Source: the human T2T-CHM13v2.0 reference genome, Homo sapiens
Strand: one strand, 5' to 3'
Assembly (NCBI RefSeq): GCF_009914755.1
Contig: NC_060946.1
DNA length: 64,000 bases
Below are positions 41,554-55,348 of this stretch, in pieces (within the stretch, counting starts at the first letter, position 1; each line of letters starts with the position of its first letter). Under the pieces are notes generated by a model. It saw nothing but the letters and a program-made list of their open reading frames with translations. It did no database searches and had not been told where the DNA came from. Position numbers and translations under genes: made by a program.

Positions 41554-44500
41554 CAACCCTAGTGGAATGGAATGGAATGAAATCAAACTGAGTGGAATGG
41601 AAGGGAATGGAATGCAACGGAATGTAATGGAGTGGAAGGCATTTGAATCAACTGGAATGGAATGGAAAGGAATGGAATGGAATGGAATCAACCCCAGTGG
41701 AATGGAATGGAATGGAATGGATTATAATGGAAAGGAATGGAATCAATGTGGGTGGAATGGAATGGAATGGAATGGACTGTAACGGCATGGAATGCAATGG
41801 AATGGAGTGGAATCAACCCGAGTGGAATGGAATGGAATGGACTGTAACGGCATGGAACGGAATGGAATGGAGTGGAATCAAACCGAGAGGAATGGAATGG
41901 AATGGAATGGAATGGAATGGAATGGAATAGAATGGAATCAATTCGAATGCAATGTAATGGTATAGAATGGAATGGAATGGAATGGAATCAACCAGAGTGG
42001 AATGGAATGGAATGGAATGGAATGGAATAGAATGTAATGGAATGGAACGGAATGGAACGGAATGGAATGGAATGGAATGGAATGGAATGGAATGGCATGG
42101 AATGGAATGGAATGGAGTGGAATCAACCCGAGTGGAATGGAGTGGAATGGACTGTAATGGCATGGAATGGAATGGAATGGAGTGGAATAAACACAAGTGG
42201 AATGGAATGGAATGGAATGGACTACAATCAACCAGAGTGCAATGGAATGGAATAGAATGGAATGGAATGGAATGGAATGAAATAAACACGAGTGGAATGG
42301 AATGGAATGGAATGGAAGAGAATGGAATGGAATCAACTCGAGTGGAAAGGAATGGAATGGAAAGGAATGGAATGGAATGGAAAGGAATGGAATGCAATGG
42401 AATGCAGTGTTATGGAATGGAATCAACCCGAGTGGAATGGAATGGAATGGAATGGAATGGAATGGAATGCAATGGAATGGACAGGAGTGGAATGGAATGG
42501 AATTCAATGGAATGGAATGGACAGGAATGGAATGGAATGGAATGGAATGGAATGGAATGGAGTGGAATGGACTAGAATGGAATGGAATGGAATGAAATCA
42601 ACCCGATTGGAATGGAATGGAATGCAATGGAATGGAATGGAATCAACTGGAAAGGAATCAAATGGAACGGAATGGAATGGAATGGAATGGAATGGAATGG
42701 AATGGAATGGAATCAACCCTAGTGGAATGGAATGGAATGAAATCAAACTGAGTGGAATGGAAGGGAATGGAATGCAATGGAATGTAATGGAGTGGAAGGC
42801 ATTTGAATCAACTGGAATGGAATGGAAAGGAATGGAATGGAATGGAATCAACCCCAGTGGAATGGAATGGAATGGAATGGATTATAATGGAATGGAATGG
42901 AATCAATGTGGGTGGAATGGAATGGAATGGAATGGACTGTAACGGCATGGAATGCAATGGAATGGAGTGGAATCAACCCGAGTGGAATGGAATGGAATGG
43001 ACTGTAACGGCATGGAACGGAAAGGAATGGAGTGGAATCAAACCGAGAGGAATGGAATGGAATGGAATGGAATGGAATGGAATGGAATGGAATGGAATCA
43101 ATTCGAATGCAATGTAATGGTATAGAATGGAATGGAATGGAATGGAATCAACCAGAGTGGAATGGAATGGAATGGAATGGAATGGAATAGAATGTAATGG
43201 AATGGAACGGAATGGAACGGAATGGAACGGAATGGAATGGAATGGAATGGAATGGCATGGAATGGAATGGAATGGAGTGGAATCAACCCGAGTGGAATGG
43301 AGTGGAATGGACTGTAATGGCATGGAATGGAATGGAATGGAGTGGAATAAACACAAGTGGAATGGAATGGAATGGAATGGACTACAATCAACCAGAGTGC
43401 AATGGAATGGAATAGAATGGAATGGAATGGAATGGAATGAAATAAACACGAGTGGAATGGAATGGAATGGAATGGAAGAGAATGGAATGGAATCAACTCG
43501 AGTGGAAAGGAATGGAATGGAAAGGAATGGAATGGAATGGAAAGGAATGGAATGCAATGGAATGCAGTGTTATGGAATGGAATCAACCCGAGTGGAATGG
43601 AATGGAATGGAATGGAATGGAATGGAATGCAATGGAATGGACAGGAGTGGAATGGAATGGAATTCAATGGAATGGAATGGACAGGAATGGAATGGAATGG
43701 AATGGAATGGAATGGAATGGAATGGAGTGGAATGGACTAGAATGGAATGGAATGGAATGAAATCAACCCGATTGGAATGGAATGGAATGCAATGGAATGG
43801 AATGGAATCAACTGGAAAGGAATCAAATGGAACGGAATGGAATGGAATGGAATGGAATGGAATGGAATGGAATGGAATCAACCCTAGTGGAATGGAATGG
43901 AATGAAATCAAACTGAGTGGAATGGAAGGGAATGGAATGCAATGGAATGTAATGGAGTGGAAGGCATTTGAATCAACTGGAATGGAATGGAAAGGAATGG
44001 AATGGAATGGAATCAACCCCAGTGGAATGGAATGGAATGGAATGGATTATAATGGAATGGAATGGAATCAATGTGGGTGGAATGGAATGGAATGGAATGG
44101 ACTGTAACGGCATGGAATGCAATGGAATGGAGTGGAATCAACCCGAGTGGAATGGAATGGAATGGACTGTAACGGCATGGAACGGAATGGAATGGAGTGG
44201 AATCAAACCGAGAGGAATGGAATGGAATGGAATGGAATGGAATGGAATGGAATGGAATGGAATCAATTCGAATGCAATGTAATGGTATAGAATGGAATGG
44301 AATGGAATGGAATCAACCAGAGTGGAATGGAATGGAATGGAATGGAATGGAATAGAATGTAATGGAATGGAACGGAATGGAACGGAATGGAATGGAATGG
44401 AATGGAATGGAATGGAATGGCATGGAATGGAATGGAATGGAGTGGAATCAACCCGAGTGGAATGGAGTGGAATGGACTGTAATGGCATGGAATGGAATGG

Positions 44501-45053
44501 AATGGAGTGGAATAAACACAAGTGGAATGGAATGGAATGGAATGGACTACAATCAACCAGAGTGCAATGGAATGGAATAGAATGGAATGGAATGGAATGG
44601 AATGAAATAAACACGAGTGGAATGGAATGGAATGGAATGGAAGAGAATGGAATGGAATCAACTCGAGTGGAAAGGAATGGAATGGAAAGGAATGGAATGG
44701 AATGGAAAGGAATGGAATGCAATGGAATGCAGTGTTATGGAATGGAATCAACCCGAGTGGAATGGAATGGAATGGAATGGAATGGAATGGAATGGAATGG
44801 AATGGAATGCAATGGAATGGACAGGAGTGGAATGGAATGGAATTCAATGGAATGGAATGGACAGGAATGGAATGGAATGGAATGGAATGGAATGGAATGG
44901 AGTGGAATGGACTAGAATGGAATGGAATGGAATGAAATCAACCCGATTGGAATGGAATGGAATGCAATGGAATGGAATGGAATCAACTGGAAAGGAATCA
45001 AATGGAACGGAATGGAATGGAATGGAATGGAATGGAATGGAATGGAATGGAAT
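41554..45053 (+). repeat. Three tandem A units (1160 + 1165 + 1175 bp)
   Basis: ACTACAATCA at 42221, 43381 and 44546. Confidence 0.88.
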
Positions 45054-48000
45054 CAACCCTAGTGGAATGGAATGGAATGAAATCAAACTGAGTGGAATGG
45101 AAGGGAATGGAATGCAATGGAATGTAATGGAGTGGAAGGCATTTGAATCAACTGGAATGGAATGGAAAGGAACGGAATGGAATGGAATCAACCCCAGTGG
45201 AATGGAATGGAATGGAATGGATTATAATGGAATGGAATGGAATCAATCTGGGTGGAATGGAATGGAATGGAATGGAATGGAATGGATTATAATGGAATGG
45301 AATGGAATCAATCCGGGTGGAGTGGAATTGAATGGAATGGAATGGAATGGAATGGAATGGAATGGATTGGAATTCAATGTAATGGAAACAACCCGAGTGG
45401 AATGTAATGGAATGGAAAGGCCTGGAATGTAATGGAATGGATTGGAATCAACCCGATTCCAATGCAAAGGAATGGAATGGAATGGAATGGAAGGGAATGG
45501 AATGGAATGGAAAGGAATGGAATGAACTGTAATGGAATGGAATGGAATGGAATTTAATGGAATGGAATGGAATCAACCCGAGTGGAGTGGAATGGAATGG
45601 AATGGAAATGAATGGAATAGAATGGAATGGAATGGAACGGAACGGAATGGAAAGAACCCGAGTGGAATGGATTGTAATGGAAATGAATGGAGTAGAAGGG
45701 AATGGAATGGAATGGAACGGAATGGAACGAACCCGAGTGGAATGGATTGGAATGGAATGGAATGGAAAGGAACGGAATGGAATGGATTGGAATGGAATCA
45801 ACCCGAGTGGAATGGAATGGAATGGAATCAAACTGAGTGGAATGGAAGGGAATGGAATGCAATGGAATGTAATGGAGTGGAAGGCATTTGAATCAACTGG
45901 AATGGAATGGAATGGAATGGAATGGAATGGAATGGAATGGAATGGAATCAACCCCAGTGGAATGGATTGGATGGGAATGGATTATAATGGAATGGAATGG
46001 AATCAATCCGAGTGGAATGGAATGGAATGGAATGGATTATACTTGAATGGAATGGAATCAATCCTTGTGGAATGGAGTGGAATGGAATGGAATAGAATGG
46101 AATGGAATTCAATGTAATGGAAACAAACCGAGTGGAATGTAATGGAATGGAAAGGACTGGAATCTAATGGAATGTATTGGAATCAACCTGATTCCAATGC
46201 AACGGAATGGAATGGAATGGAAGGGAATGGAATGGAATGGAAAAGAATGGAATAAACTGGAATTGAATGGAATGGAATGGAATTTAATGGAATGGAATGG
46301 AATGGAATGGAATCAACCCGAGTGGAGTGGAAAGGAATGCAATGGAAATGAATGGAATGGAATGGAATGGAATGGAATGGAATGGAATGGAATGGAATCA
46401 ACCCGAGTGGAGTGGAATGGAATGCAATGGAAATGAATGGAATAGAATGGAATGGAATGCAACGGAACGGAATGGAATGAACCCGAGTGGAATGGAATGG
46501 AATAGAATGGAATGGAAAGGCACGAAATGGAATGGAATGGAATGGAATGGAATGGAATGGAATGGAATGGAATGGAATCAACCCGAGTGGAATGGAATGG
46601 AATGGAATCAAACTGAGTGGAATGGAATGGAATGGAATGGAATGGAGTGGAAGGCATTAGAATCACCTGGAATGGAATGGAATGGAATGGAATGGAATGG
46701 AATCAACCCGAGTGGAATGGAATGGAATGGAATCAAACTGAGTGGAAAGGAATAGAATGGAATGGAATGGAATGGAATGGAATGGAATCAACCACAGTGG
46801 AATGGAATGGAATGGAACAGATTATAATAGAATGGAATGGAATCAATCCGGGTGGAATGGAATGGAATGGAATGGAATGGAATGGAATCAAATCGAGTGG
46901 AATGAAATGTAACTTGATGGAATGGAATGGAATGGAATGGAATGGAATGGAATGGAATGGAATGGAATACAATGGAATCAATTCGAGTGCCATGTAATGG
47001 TATAGAATGGAATGGAATGGAATGGAATGAAATGGAATGGAATGGAATGGAATGGAATCATCCAGAGTGGAATGGAATGGAATGGAATGGAATGGAATGG
47101 AATATTTTGGAATGGAATGGAATGAAATGGAATGGAATATATTGGAATGGAATGCAACGGAATCAACTGGAATGGAATGGAATGGAATGGAATGGATTAT
47201 AATGGAATGGAATGGAATCAATCCGGGTGGAATGGAATGGAATGGAATGGAATGGAATTCAATGTAATGGAAACAAACCGAGAGGAATGTAATGGAATGG
47301 AAAGGACTGGAATGTAATGGAATGGATTGGAATCAAACCGATTCCAATGCAACGGAATGGAATGGAATGGAATGGAAAGAAATCAACCCGAATGGAATGG
47401 ATTGGAATAGAGTGGAATGGAATGGAATGGCATGGAATGCAATGAAATCAACTAGAATGGAATGGAATGGAATGGAATGAACAGGAATGGAATGGAATGG
47501 AATGGAATGGAATGGAGTGGAATGGAATGCAATGGAATGAAATCAACCCGATTGGAATGGAATGGAATGCAATGGAATGGAATGGAATCAACTGGAAAGG
47601 AATCAAATGGAACGGAATCGAATGGAATGGAATGGAATGGAATGGAATGGAATGGAATGGAACGGAACGGAATCAACCTCTGTGGAATGGAATGGAATGG
47701 AATGGATTATAATGGAATGGAATGGAATCAATCCGGGTGGAATGGAATGGAATGGAATGGAATGGAATGGAATGCAATGGAATGGACAGGAATGGAATGG
47801 AATGGAATTCAATGGAATGGAATGGACAGGAATGCAATGGAATGTAATGGAATGGAATGGAATGGAGTGGAATGGACTAGAATGGAATGGAATGGAATGA
47901 AATCAACCCGATTGGAATGGAATAGAATGCAATGGAATGAAATGCAATCAACTGGAAAGGAATCAAATGGAACGGAATGGAATAGAATGGAATGGATTGG

Positions 48001-48948
48001 AATGGAAAGGAATGGATTCAACCCGAGTGGAATGGAATGGAATAGAACGCAATAATCACGAGTGGAATGGAATGGAATGGAATGGAATGGAATGGAATGG
48101 AATGGAATCAACTCGAGTGGAATGAAATGTAATGTAATGGAATGGAATGGAATTGAATGGAATAAACACGAGTGGAATGGAATGCAATGGAATGGAATGG
48201 AATAGAATGGAGTCAATTCAAGTGCAATGGAATGGTATACAATGGAATCGAATGGAATGGAATCAACCAGAGTGGAATGGAATGGAAAGGAATGGAATGG
48301 AATGGAACGGAACGGAATGGAATGGAATGGAATGGAATGGAATGGAATGGAACGGCATGGAATGGAATGGAATGGAATGGAATGGAATGGAATGGAATAT
48401 AACGGCATGCAATGGAATGGAATGGAGTGGATTCAACCCGAGTGGAATGGAGTGGATTGAACTGTAACGGCATGGAATGGAATGGAATGGAGTGGAATAA
48501 ACAAGAGTGGAATGGAATGGAATAGAATGGAATGGAATGGAATGGAGTGAAATAAACTCGAGTGGAATGGAATGGAATGGAATAGAATGGAATGGAATGG
48601 AAAGGAATGGAAGAGAATGGAATGGAATCAACTCGAGTGGAAAGGAATGGAATGGAAAGGAATGGAATGGAATGGAAAGGAATGGAATGCAATGGAATGC
48701 AGTGTTATGGAATGGAATCAACCCGAGTGGAATGGAATGGAATGGAATGGAATGGAATGGAATGGAATGGAATGGAATGGAATGGAGTGGAATGGACTAG
48801 AATGGAATGGAATGGAATGAAATCAACCCGATTGGAATGGAATGGAATGCAATGGAATGGAATGGAATCAACTGGAAAGGAATCAAATGGAACGGAATGG
48901 AATGGAATGGAATGGAATGGAATGGAATGGAATGGAATGGAATGGAAT
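45054..48948 (+). repeat. B unit copy 3 (3895 bp)
   Basis: AGGCCT at 45418, ATTATACTTG at 46036 and AACGCAATAATCACG at 48046. Confidence 0.88.
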
Positions 48949-51288
48949 CAACCCTAGTGGAATGGAATGGAATGAAATCAAACTGAGTGGAATGGAAGGG
49001 AATGGAATGCAACGGAATGTAATGGAGTGGAAGGCATTTGAATCAACTGGAATGGAATGGAAAGGAATGGAATGGAATGGAATCAACCCCAGTGGAATGG
49101 AATGGAATGGAATGGATTATAATGGAAAGGAATGGAATCAATGTGGGTGGAATGGAATGGAATGGAATGGACTGTAACGGCATGGAATGCAATGGAATGG
49201 AGTGGAATCAACCCGAGTGGAATGGAATGGAATGGACTGTAACGGCATGGAACGGAATGGAATGGAGTGGAATCAAACCGAGAGGAATGGAATGGAATGG
49301 AATGGAATGGAATGGAATGGAATAGAATGGAATCAATTCGAATGCAATGTAATGGTATAGAATGGAATGGAATGGAATGGAATCAACCAGAGTGGAATGG
49401 AATGGAATGGAATGGAATGGAATAGAATGTAATGGAATGGAACGGAATGGAACGGAATGGAATGGAATGGAATGGAATGGAATGGAATGGCATGGAATGG
49501 AATGGAATGGAGTGGAATCAACCCGAGTGGAATGGAGTGGAATGGACTGTAATGGCATGGAATGGAATGGAATGGAGTGGAATAAACACAAGTGGAATGG
49601 AATGGAATGGAATGGACTACAATCAACCAGAGTGCAATGGAATGGAATAGAATGGAATGGAATGGAATGGAATGAAATAAACACGAGTGGAATGGAATGG
49701 AATGGAATGGAAGAGAATGGAATGGAATCAACTCGAGTGGAAAGGAATGGAATGGAAAGGAATGGAATGGAATGGAAAGGAATGGAATGCAATGGAATGC
49801 AGTGTTATGGAATGGAATCAACCCGAGTGGAATGGAATGGAATGGAATGGAATGGAATGGAATGCAATGGAATGGACAGGAGTGGAATGGAATGGAATTC
49901 AATGGAATGGAATGGACAGGAATGGAATGGAATGGAATGGAATGGAATGGAATGGAGTGGAATGGACTAGAATGGAATGGAATGGAATGAAATCAACCCG
50001 ATTGGAATGGAATGGAATGCAATGGAATGGAATGGAATCAACTGGAAAGGAATCAAATGGAACGGAATGGAATGGAATGGAATGGAATGGAATGGAATGG
50101 AATGGAATCAACCCTAGTGGAATGGAATGGAATGAAATCAAACTGAGTGGAATGGAAGGGAATGGAATGCAATGGAATGTAATGGAGTGGAAGGCATTTG
50201 AATCAACTGGAATGGAATGGAAAGGAATGGAATGGAATGGAATCAACCCCAGTGGAATGGAATGGAATGGAATGGATTATAATGGAATGGAATGGAATCA
50301 ATGTGGGTGGAATGGAATGGAATGGAATGGACTGTAACGGCATGGAATGCAATGGAATGGAGTGGAATCAACCCGAGTGGAATGGAATGGAATGGACTGT
50401 AACGGCATGGAACGGAAAGGAATGGAGTGGAATCAAACCGAGAGGAATGGAATGGAATGGAATGGAATGGAATGGAATGGAATGGAATAGAATCAATTCG
50501 AATGCAATGTAATGGTATAGAATGGAATGGAATGGAATGGAATCAACCAGAGTGGAATGGAATGGAATGGAATGGAATGGAATAGAATGTAATGGAATGG
50601 AACGGAATGGAACGGAATGGAACGGAATGGAATGGAATGGAATGGAATGGCATGGAATGGAATGGAATGGAGTGGAATCAACCCGAGTGGAATGGAGTGG
50701 AATGGACTGTAATGGCATGGAATGGAATGGAATGGAGTGGAATAAACACAAGTGGAATGGAATGGAATGGAATGGACTACAATCAACCAGAGTGCAATGG
50801 AATGGAATAGAATGGAATGGAATGGAATGGAATGAAATAAACACGAGTGGAATGGAATGGAATGGAATGGAAGAGAATGGAATGGAATCAACTCGAGTGG
50901 AAAGGAATGGAATGGAAAGGAATGGAATGGAATGGAAAGGAATGGAATGCAATGGAATGCAGTGTTATGGAATGGAATCAACCCGAGTGGAATGGAATGG
51001 AATGGAATGGAATGGAATGGAATGGAATGGAATGGAATGGAATGCAATGGAATGGACAGGAGTGGAATGGAATGGAATTCAATGGAATGGAATGGACAGG
51101 AATGGAATGGAATGGAATGGAATGGAATGGAATGGAGTGGAATGGACTAGAATGGAATGGAATGGAATGAAATCAACCCGATTGGAATGGAATGGAATGC
51201 AATGGAATGGAATGGAATCAACTGGAAAGGAATCAAATGGAACGGAATGGAATGGAATGGAATGGAATGGAATGGAATGGAATGGAAT
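48949..51288 (+). repeat. Two tandem A units (1160 + 1180 bp)
   Basis: ACTACAATCA at 49616 and 50776. Confidence 0.88.
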
Positions 51289-54200
51289 CAACCCTAGTGG
51301 AATGGAATGGAATGAAATCAAACTGAGTGGAATGGAAGGGAATGGAATGCAATGGAATGTAATGGAGTGGAAGGCATTTGAATCAACTGGAATGGAATGG
51401 AAAGGAACGGAATGGAATGGAATCAACCCCAGTGGAATGGAATGGAATGGAATGGATTATAATGGAATGGAATGGAATCAATCTGGGTGGAATGGAATGG
51501 AATGGAATGGAATGGATTATAATGGAATGGAATGGAATCAATTCGGGTGGAGTGGAATTGAATGGAATGGAATGGAATGGAATGGAATGGAATGGATTGG
51601 AATTCAATGTAATGGAAACAACCCGAGTGGAATGTAATGGAATGGAAAGGACTGGAATGTAATGGAATGGATTGGAATCAACCCGATTCCAATGCAAAGG
51701 AATGGAATGGAATGGAATGGAAGGGAATGGAATGGAATGGAAAGGAATGGAATGAACTGTAATGGAATGGAATGGAATGGAATTTAATGGAATGGAATGG
51801 AATCAACCCGAGTGGAGTGGAATGGAATGGAATGGAAATGAATGGAATAGAATGGAATGGAATGGAACGGAACGGAATGGAAAGAACCCGAGTGGAATGG
51901 ATTGTAATGGAAATGAATGGAATAGAAGGGAATGGAATGGAATGGAACGGAATGGAACGAACCCGAGTGGAATGGATTGGAATGGAATGGAATGGAAAGG
52001 AACGGAATGGAATGGATTGGAATGGAATCAACCCGAGTGGAATGGAATGGAATGGAATCAAACTGAGTGGAATGGAAGGGAATGGAATGCAATGGAATGT
52101 AATGGAGTGGAAGGCATTTGAATCAACTGGAATGGAATGGAATGGAATGGAATGGAATGGAATGGAATGGAATCAACCCCAGTGGAATGGATTGGATGGG
52201 AATGGATTATAATGGAATGGAATGGAATCAATCCGAGTGGAATGGAATGGAATGGAATGGATTATACTTGAATGGAATGGAATCAATCCTTGTGGAATGG
52301 AGTGGAATGGAATGGAATAGAATGGAATGGAATTCAATGTAATGGAAACAAACCGAGTGGAATGTAATGGAATGGAAAGGACTGGAATCTAATGGAATGT
52401 ATTGGAATCAACCTGATTCCAATGCAACGGAATGGAATGGAATGGAATGGAATGGAAGGGAATGGAATGGAATGGAAAAGAATGGAATAAACTGGAATTG
52501 AATGGAATGGAATGGAATTTAATGGAATGGAATGGAATGGAATGGAATCAACCCGAGTGGAGTGGAAAGGAATGCAATGGAAATGAATGGAATGGAATGG
52601 AATGGAATGGAATGGAATGGAATGGAATGGAATGGAATCAACCCGAGTGGAGTGGAATGGAATGCAATGGAAATGAATGGAATAGAATGGAATGGAATGC
52701 AACGGAACGGAATGGAATGAACCCGAGTGGAATGGAATGGAATAGAATGGAATGGAAAGGCACGAAATGGAATGGAATGGAATGGAATGGAATGGAATGG
52801 AATGGAATGGAATCAACCCGAGTGGAATGGAATGGAATGGAATCAAACTGAGTGGAATGGAATGGAATGGAATGGAATGGAATGGAATGGAGTGGAAGGC
52901 ATTAGAATCACCTGGAATGGAATGGAATGGAATGGAATGGAATGGAATGGAATCAACCCGAGTGGAATGGAATGGAATGGAATCAAACTGAGTGGAAAGG
53001 AATAGAATGGAATGGAATGGAATGGAATGGAATGGAATGGAATGGAATGGAATCAACCACAGTGGAATGGAATGGAATGGAACAGATTATAATAGAATGG
53101 AATGGAATCAATCCGGGTGGAATGGAATGGAATGGAATGGAATGGAATGGAATGGAATCAAATCGAGTGGAATGAAATGTAACTTGATGGAATGGAATGG
53201 AATGGAATGGAATGGAATGGAATGGAATGGAATGGAATACAATGGAATCAATTCGAGTGCCATGTAATGGTATAGAATGGAATGGAATGGAATGGAATGA
53301 AATGGAATGGAATGGAATGGAATGGAATCATCCAGAGTGGAATGGAATGGAATGGAATGGAATGGAATGGAATATTTTGGAATGGAATGGAATGGAATGG
53401 AATGGAATATATTGGAATGGAATGCAACGGAATCAACTGGAATGGAATGGAATGGAATGGAATGGATTATAATGGAATGGAATGGAATCAATCCGGGTGG
53501 AATGGAATGGAATGGAATGGAATGGAATTCAATGTAATGGAAACAAACCGAGAGGAATGTAATGGAATGGAAAGGACTGGAATGTAATGGAATGGATTGG
53601 AATCAAACCGATTCCAATGCAACGGAATGGAATGGAATGGAATGTAAAGAAATCAACCCGAATGGAATGGATTGGAATAGAGTGGAATGGAATGGAATGG
53701 CATGGAATGCAATGAAATCAACTAGAATGGAATGGAATGGAATGGAATGAACAGGAATGGAATGGAATGGAATGGAATGGAATGGAATGGAATGGAATGG
53801 AGTGGAATGGAATGCAATGGAATGAAATCAACCCGATTGGAATGGAATGGAATGCAATGGAATGGAATGGAATCAACTGGAAAGGAATCAAATGGAACGG
53901 AATCGAATGGAATGGAATGGAATGGAATGGAATGGAATGGAACGGAACGGAATCAACCTCTGTGGAATGGAATGGAATGGAATGGATTATAATGGAATGG
54001 AATGGAATCAATCCGGGTGGAATGGAATGGAATGGAATGGAATGGAATGGAATGCAATGGAATGGACAGGAATGGAATGGAATGGAATTCAATGGAATGG
54101 AATGGACAGGAATGCAATGGAATGTAATGGAATGGAATGGAATGGAGTGGAATGGACTAGAATGGAATGGAATGGAATGAAATCAACCCGATTGGAATGG

Positions 54201-55348
54201 AATAGAATGCAATGGAATGGAATGGAATCAACTGGAAAGGAATCAAATGGAACGGAATGGAATAGAATGGAATGGATTGGAATGGAAAGGAATGGATTCA
54301 ACCCGAGTGGAATGGAATGGAATAGAACGGAATAAACACGAGTGGAATGGAATGGAATGGAATGGAATGGAATGGAATGGACTGTAACGGCATGGAATGC
54401 AATGGAATGGAGTGGAATCAACCCGAGTGGAATGGAATGGAATGGACTCTAACGGCATGGAACGGAATGGAATGGAGTGGAATCAAACCGAGAGGAATGG
54501 AATGGAATGGAATGGAATGGAATGGAATAGAATGGAATGGAATGGAATAGAATGCAATCAATTTGAATGCAATGTAATGGTATAGAATGGAATGGAATGG
54601 AATGGAATCAACCAGAGTGGAATGGAATGGAATGGAATGGAATGGAATAGAATGTAATGGAATGGAACGGAATGGAACGGAACGGAACAGAATGGAATGG
54701 CATGGAATGGAATGGAATGGAGTGGAATCAACCCGAGTGGAATGGAGTGGAATGGACTGTAATGGCATGGAATGGAATGGAATGGAGTGGAATAAACACA
54801 AGTGGAATGGAATGGAATGGAATGGACTACAATCAACCAGAGTGCAATGGAATGGAATAGAATGGAATGGAATGGAATGGAATGAAATAAACACGAGTGG
54901 AATGGAATGGAATGGAATGGAAGAGAATGGAATGGAATCAACTCGAGTGGAAAGGAATGGAATGGAAAGGAATGGAATGGAATGGAAAGGAATGGAATGC
55001 AATGGAATGCAGTGTTATGGAATGGAATCAACCCGAGTGGAATGGAATGGAATGGAATGGAATGGAATGGAATGGAATGGAATGCAATGGAATGGACAGG
55101 AGTGGAATGGAATGGAATTCAATGGAATGGAATGGACAGGAATGGAATGGAATGGAATGGAATGGAATGGAATGGAATGGAATGGAATGGAGTGGAATGG
55201 ACTAGAATGGAATGGAATGGAATGAAATCAACCCGATTGGAATGGAATGGAATGCAATGCAATGGAATGGAATCAACTGGAAAGGAATCAAATGGAACGG
55301 AATGGAATGGAATGGAATGGAATGGAACGGAATGGAATGGAATGGAAT
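51289..55348 (+). repeat. B' chimeric unit (4060 bp): truncated B fused to the distal part of an A unit
   Basis: B markers (ATTATACTTG 52261, AACTTGATGG 53181, CAACCTCTGT ~53954) run to ~54345. A-type sequence follows from ~54380 (GGACTGTAACGGCATGGAATGC, CAAACCGAGAGG, ACTACAATCA 54826). Confidence 0.8.

Larger units (their letters stand above)
30249..55348 (+). repeat. Young higher-order-repeat domain, order A-B-AA-B-AAA-B-AA-B'
   Basis: Marker CAACCCTAGT starts at 30249, 31429, 35329, 36504, 37679, 41554, 42714, 43879, 45054, 48949, 50109, 51289 and 55349. Spacings are 1180, 3900, 1175, 1175, 3875, 1160, 1165, 1175, 3895, 1160, 1180 and 4060. Confidence 0.9.

Noticed and set aside
43127-44107. 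+ strand ORFs such as this 326 aa one and 50522-51637 (poly-MEWNG)
   Set aside because: (GGAAT)n is stop-free and supplies an ATG every 5 nt. ORF ends shift between repeat copies with pentamer number, showing no frame conservation. Not called as CDS.
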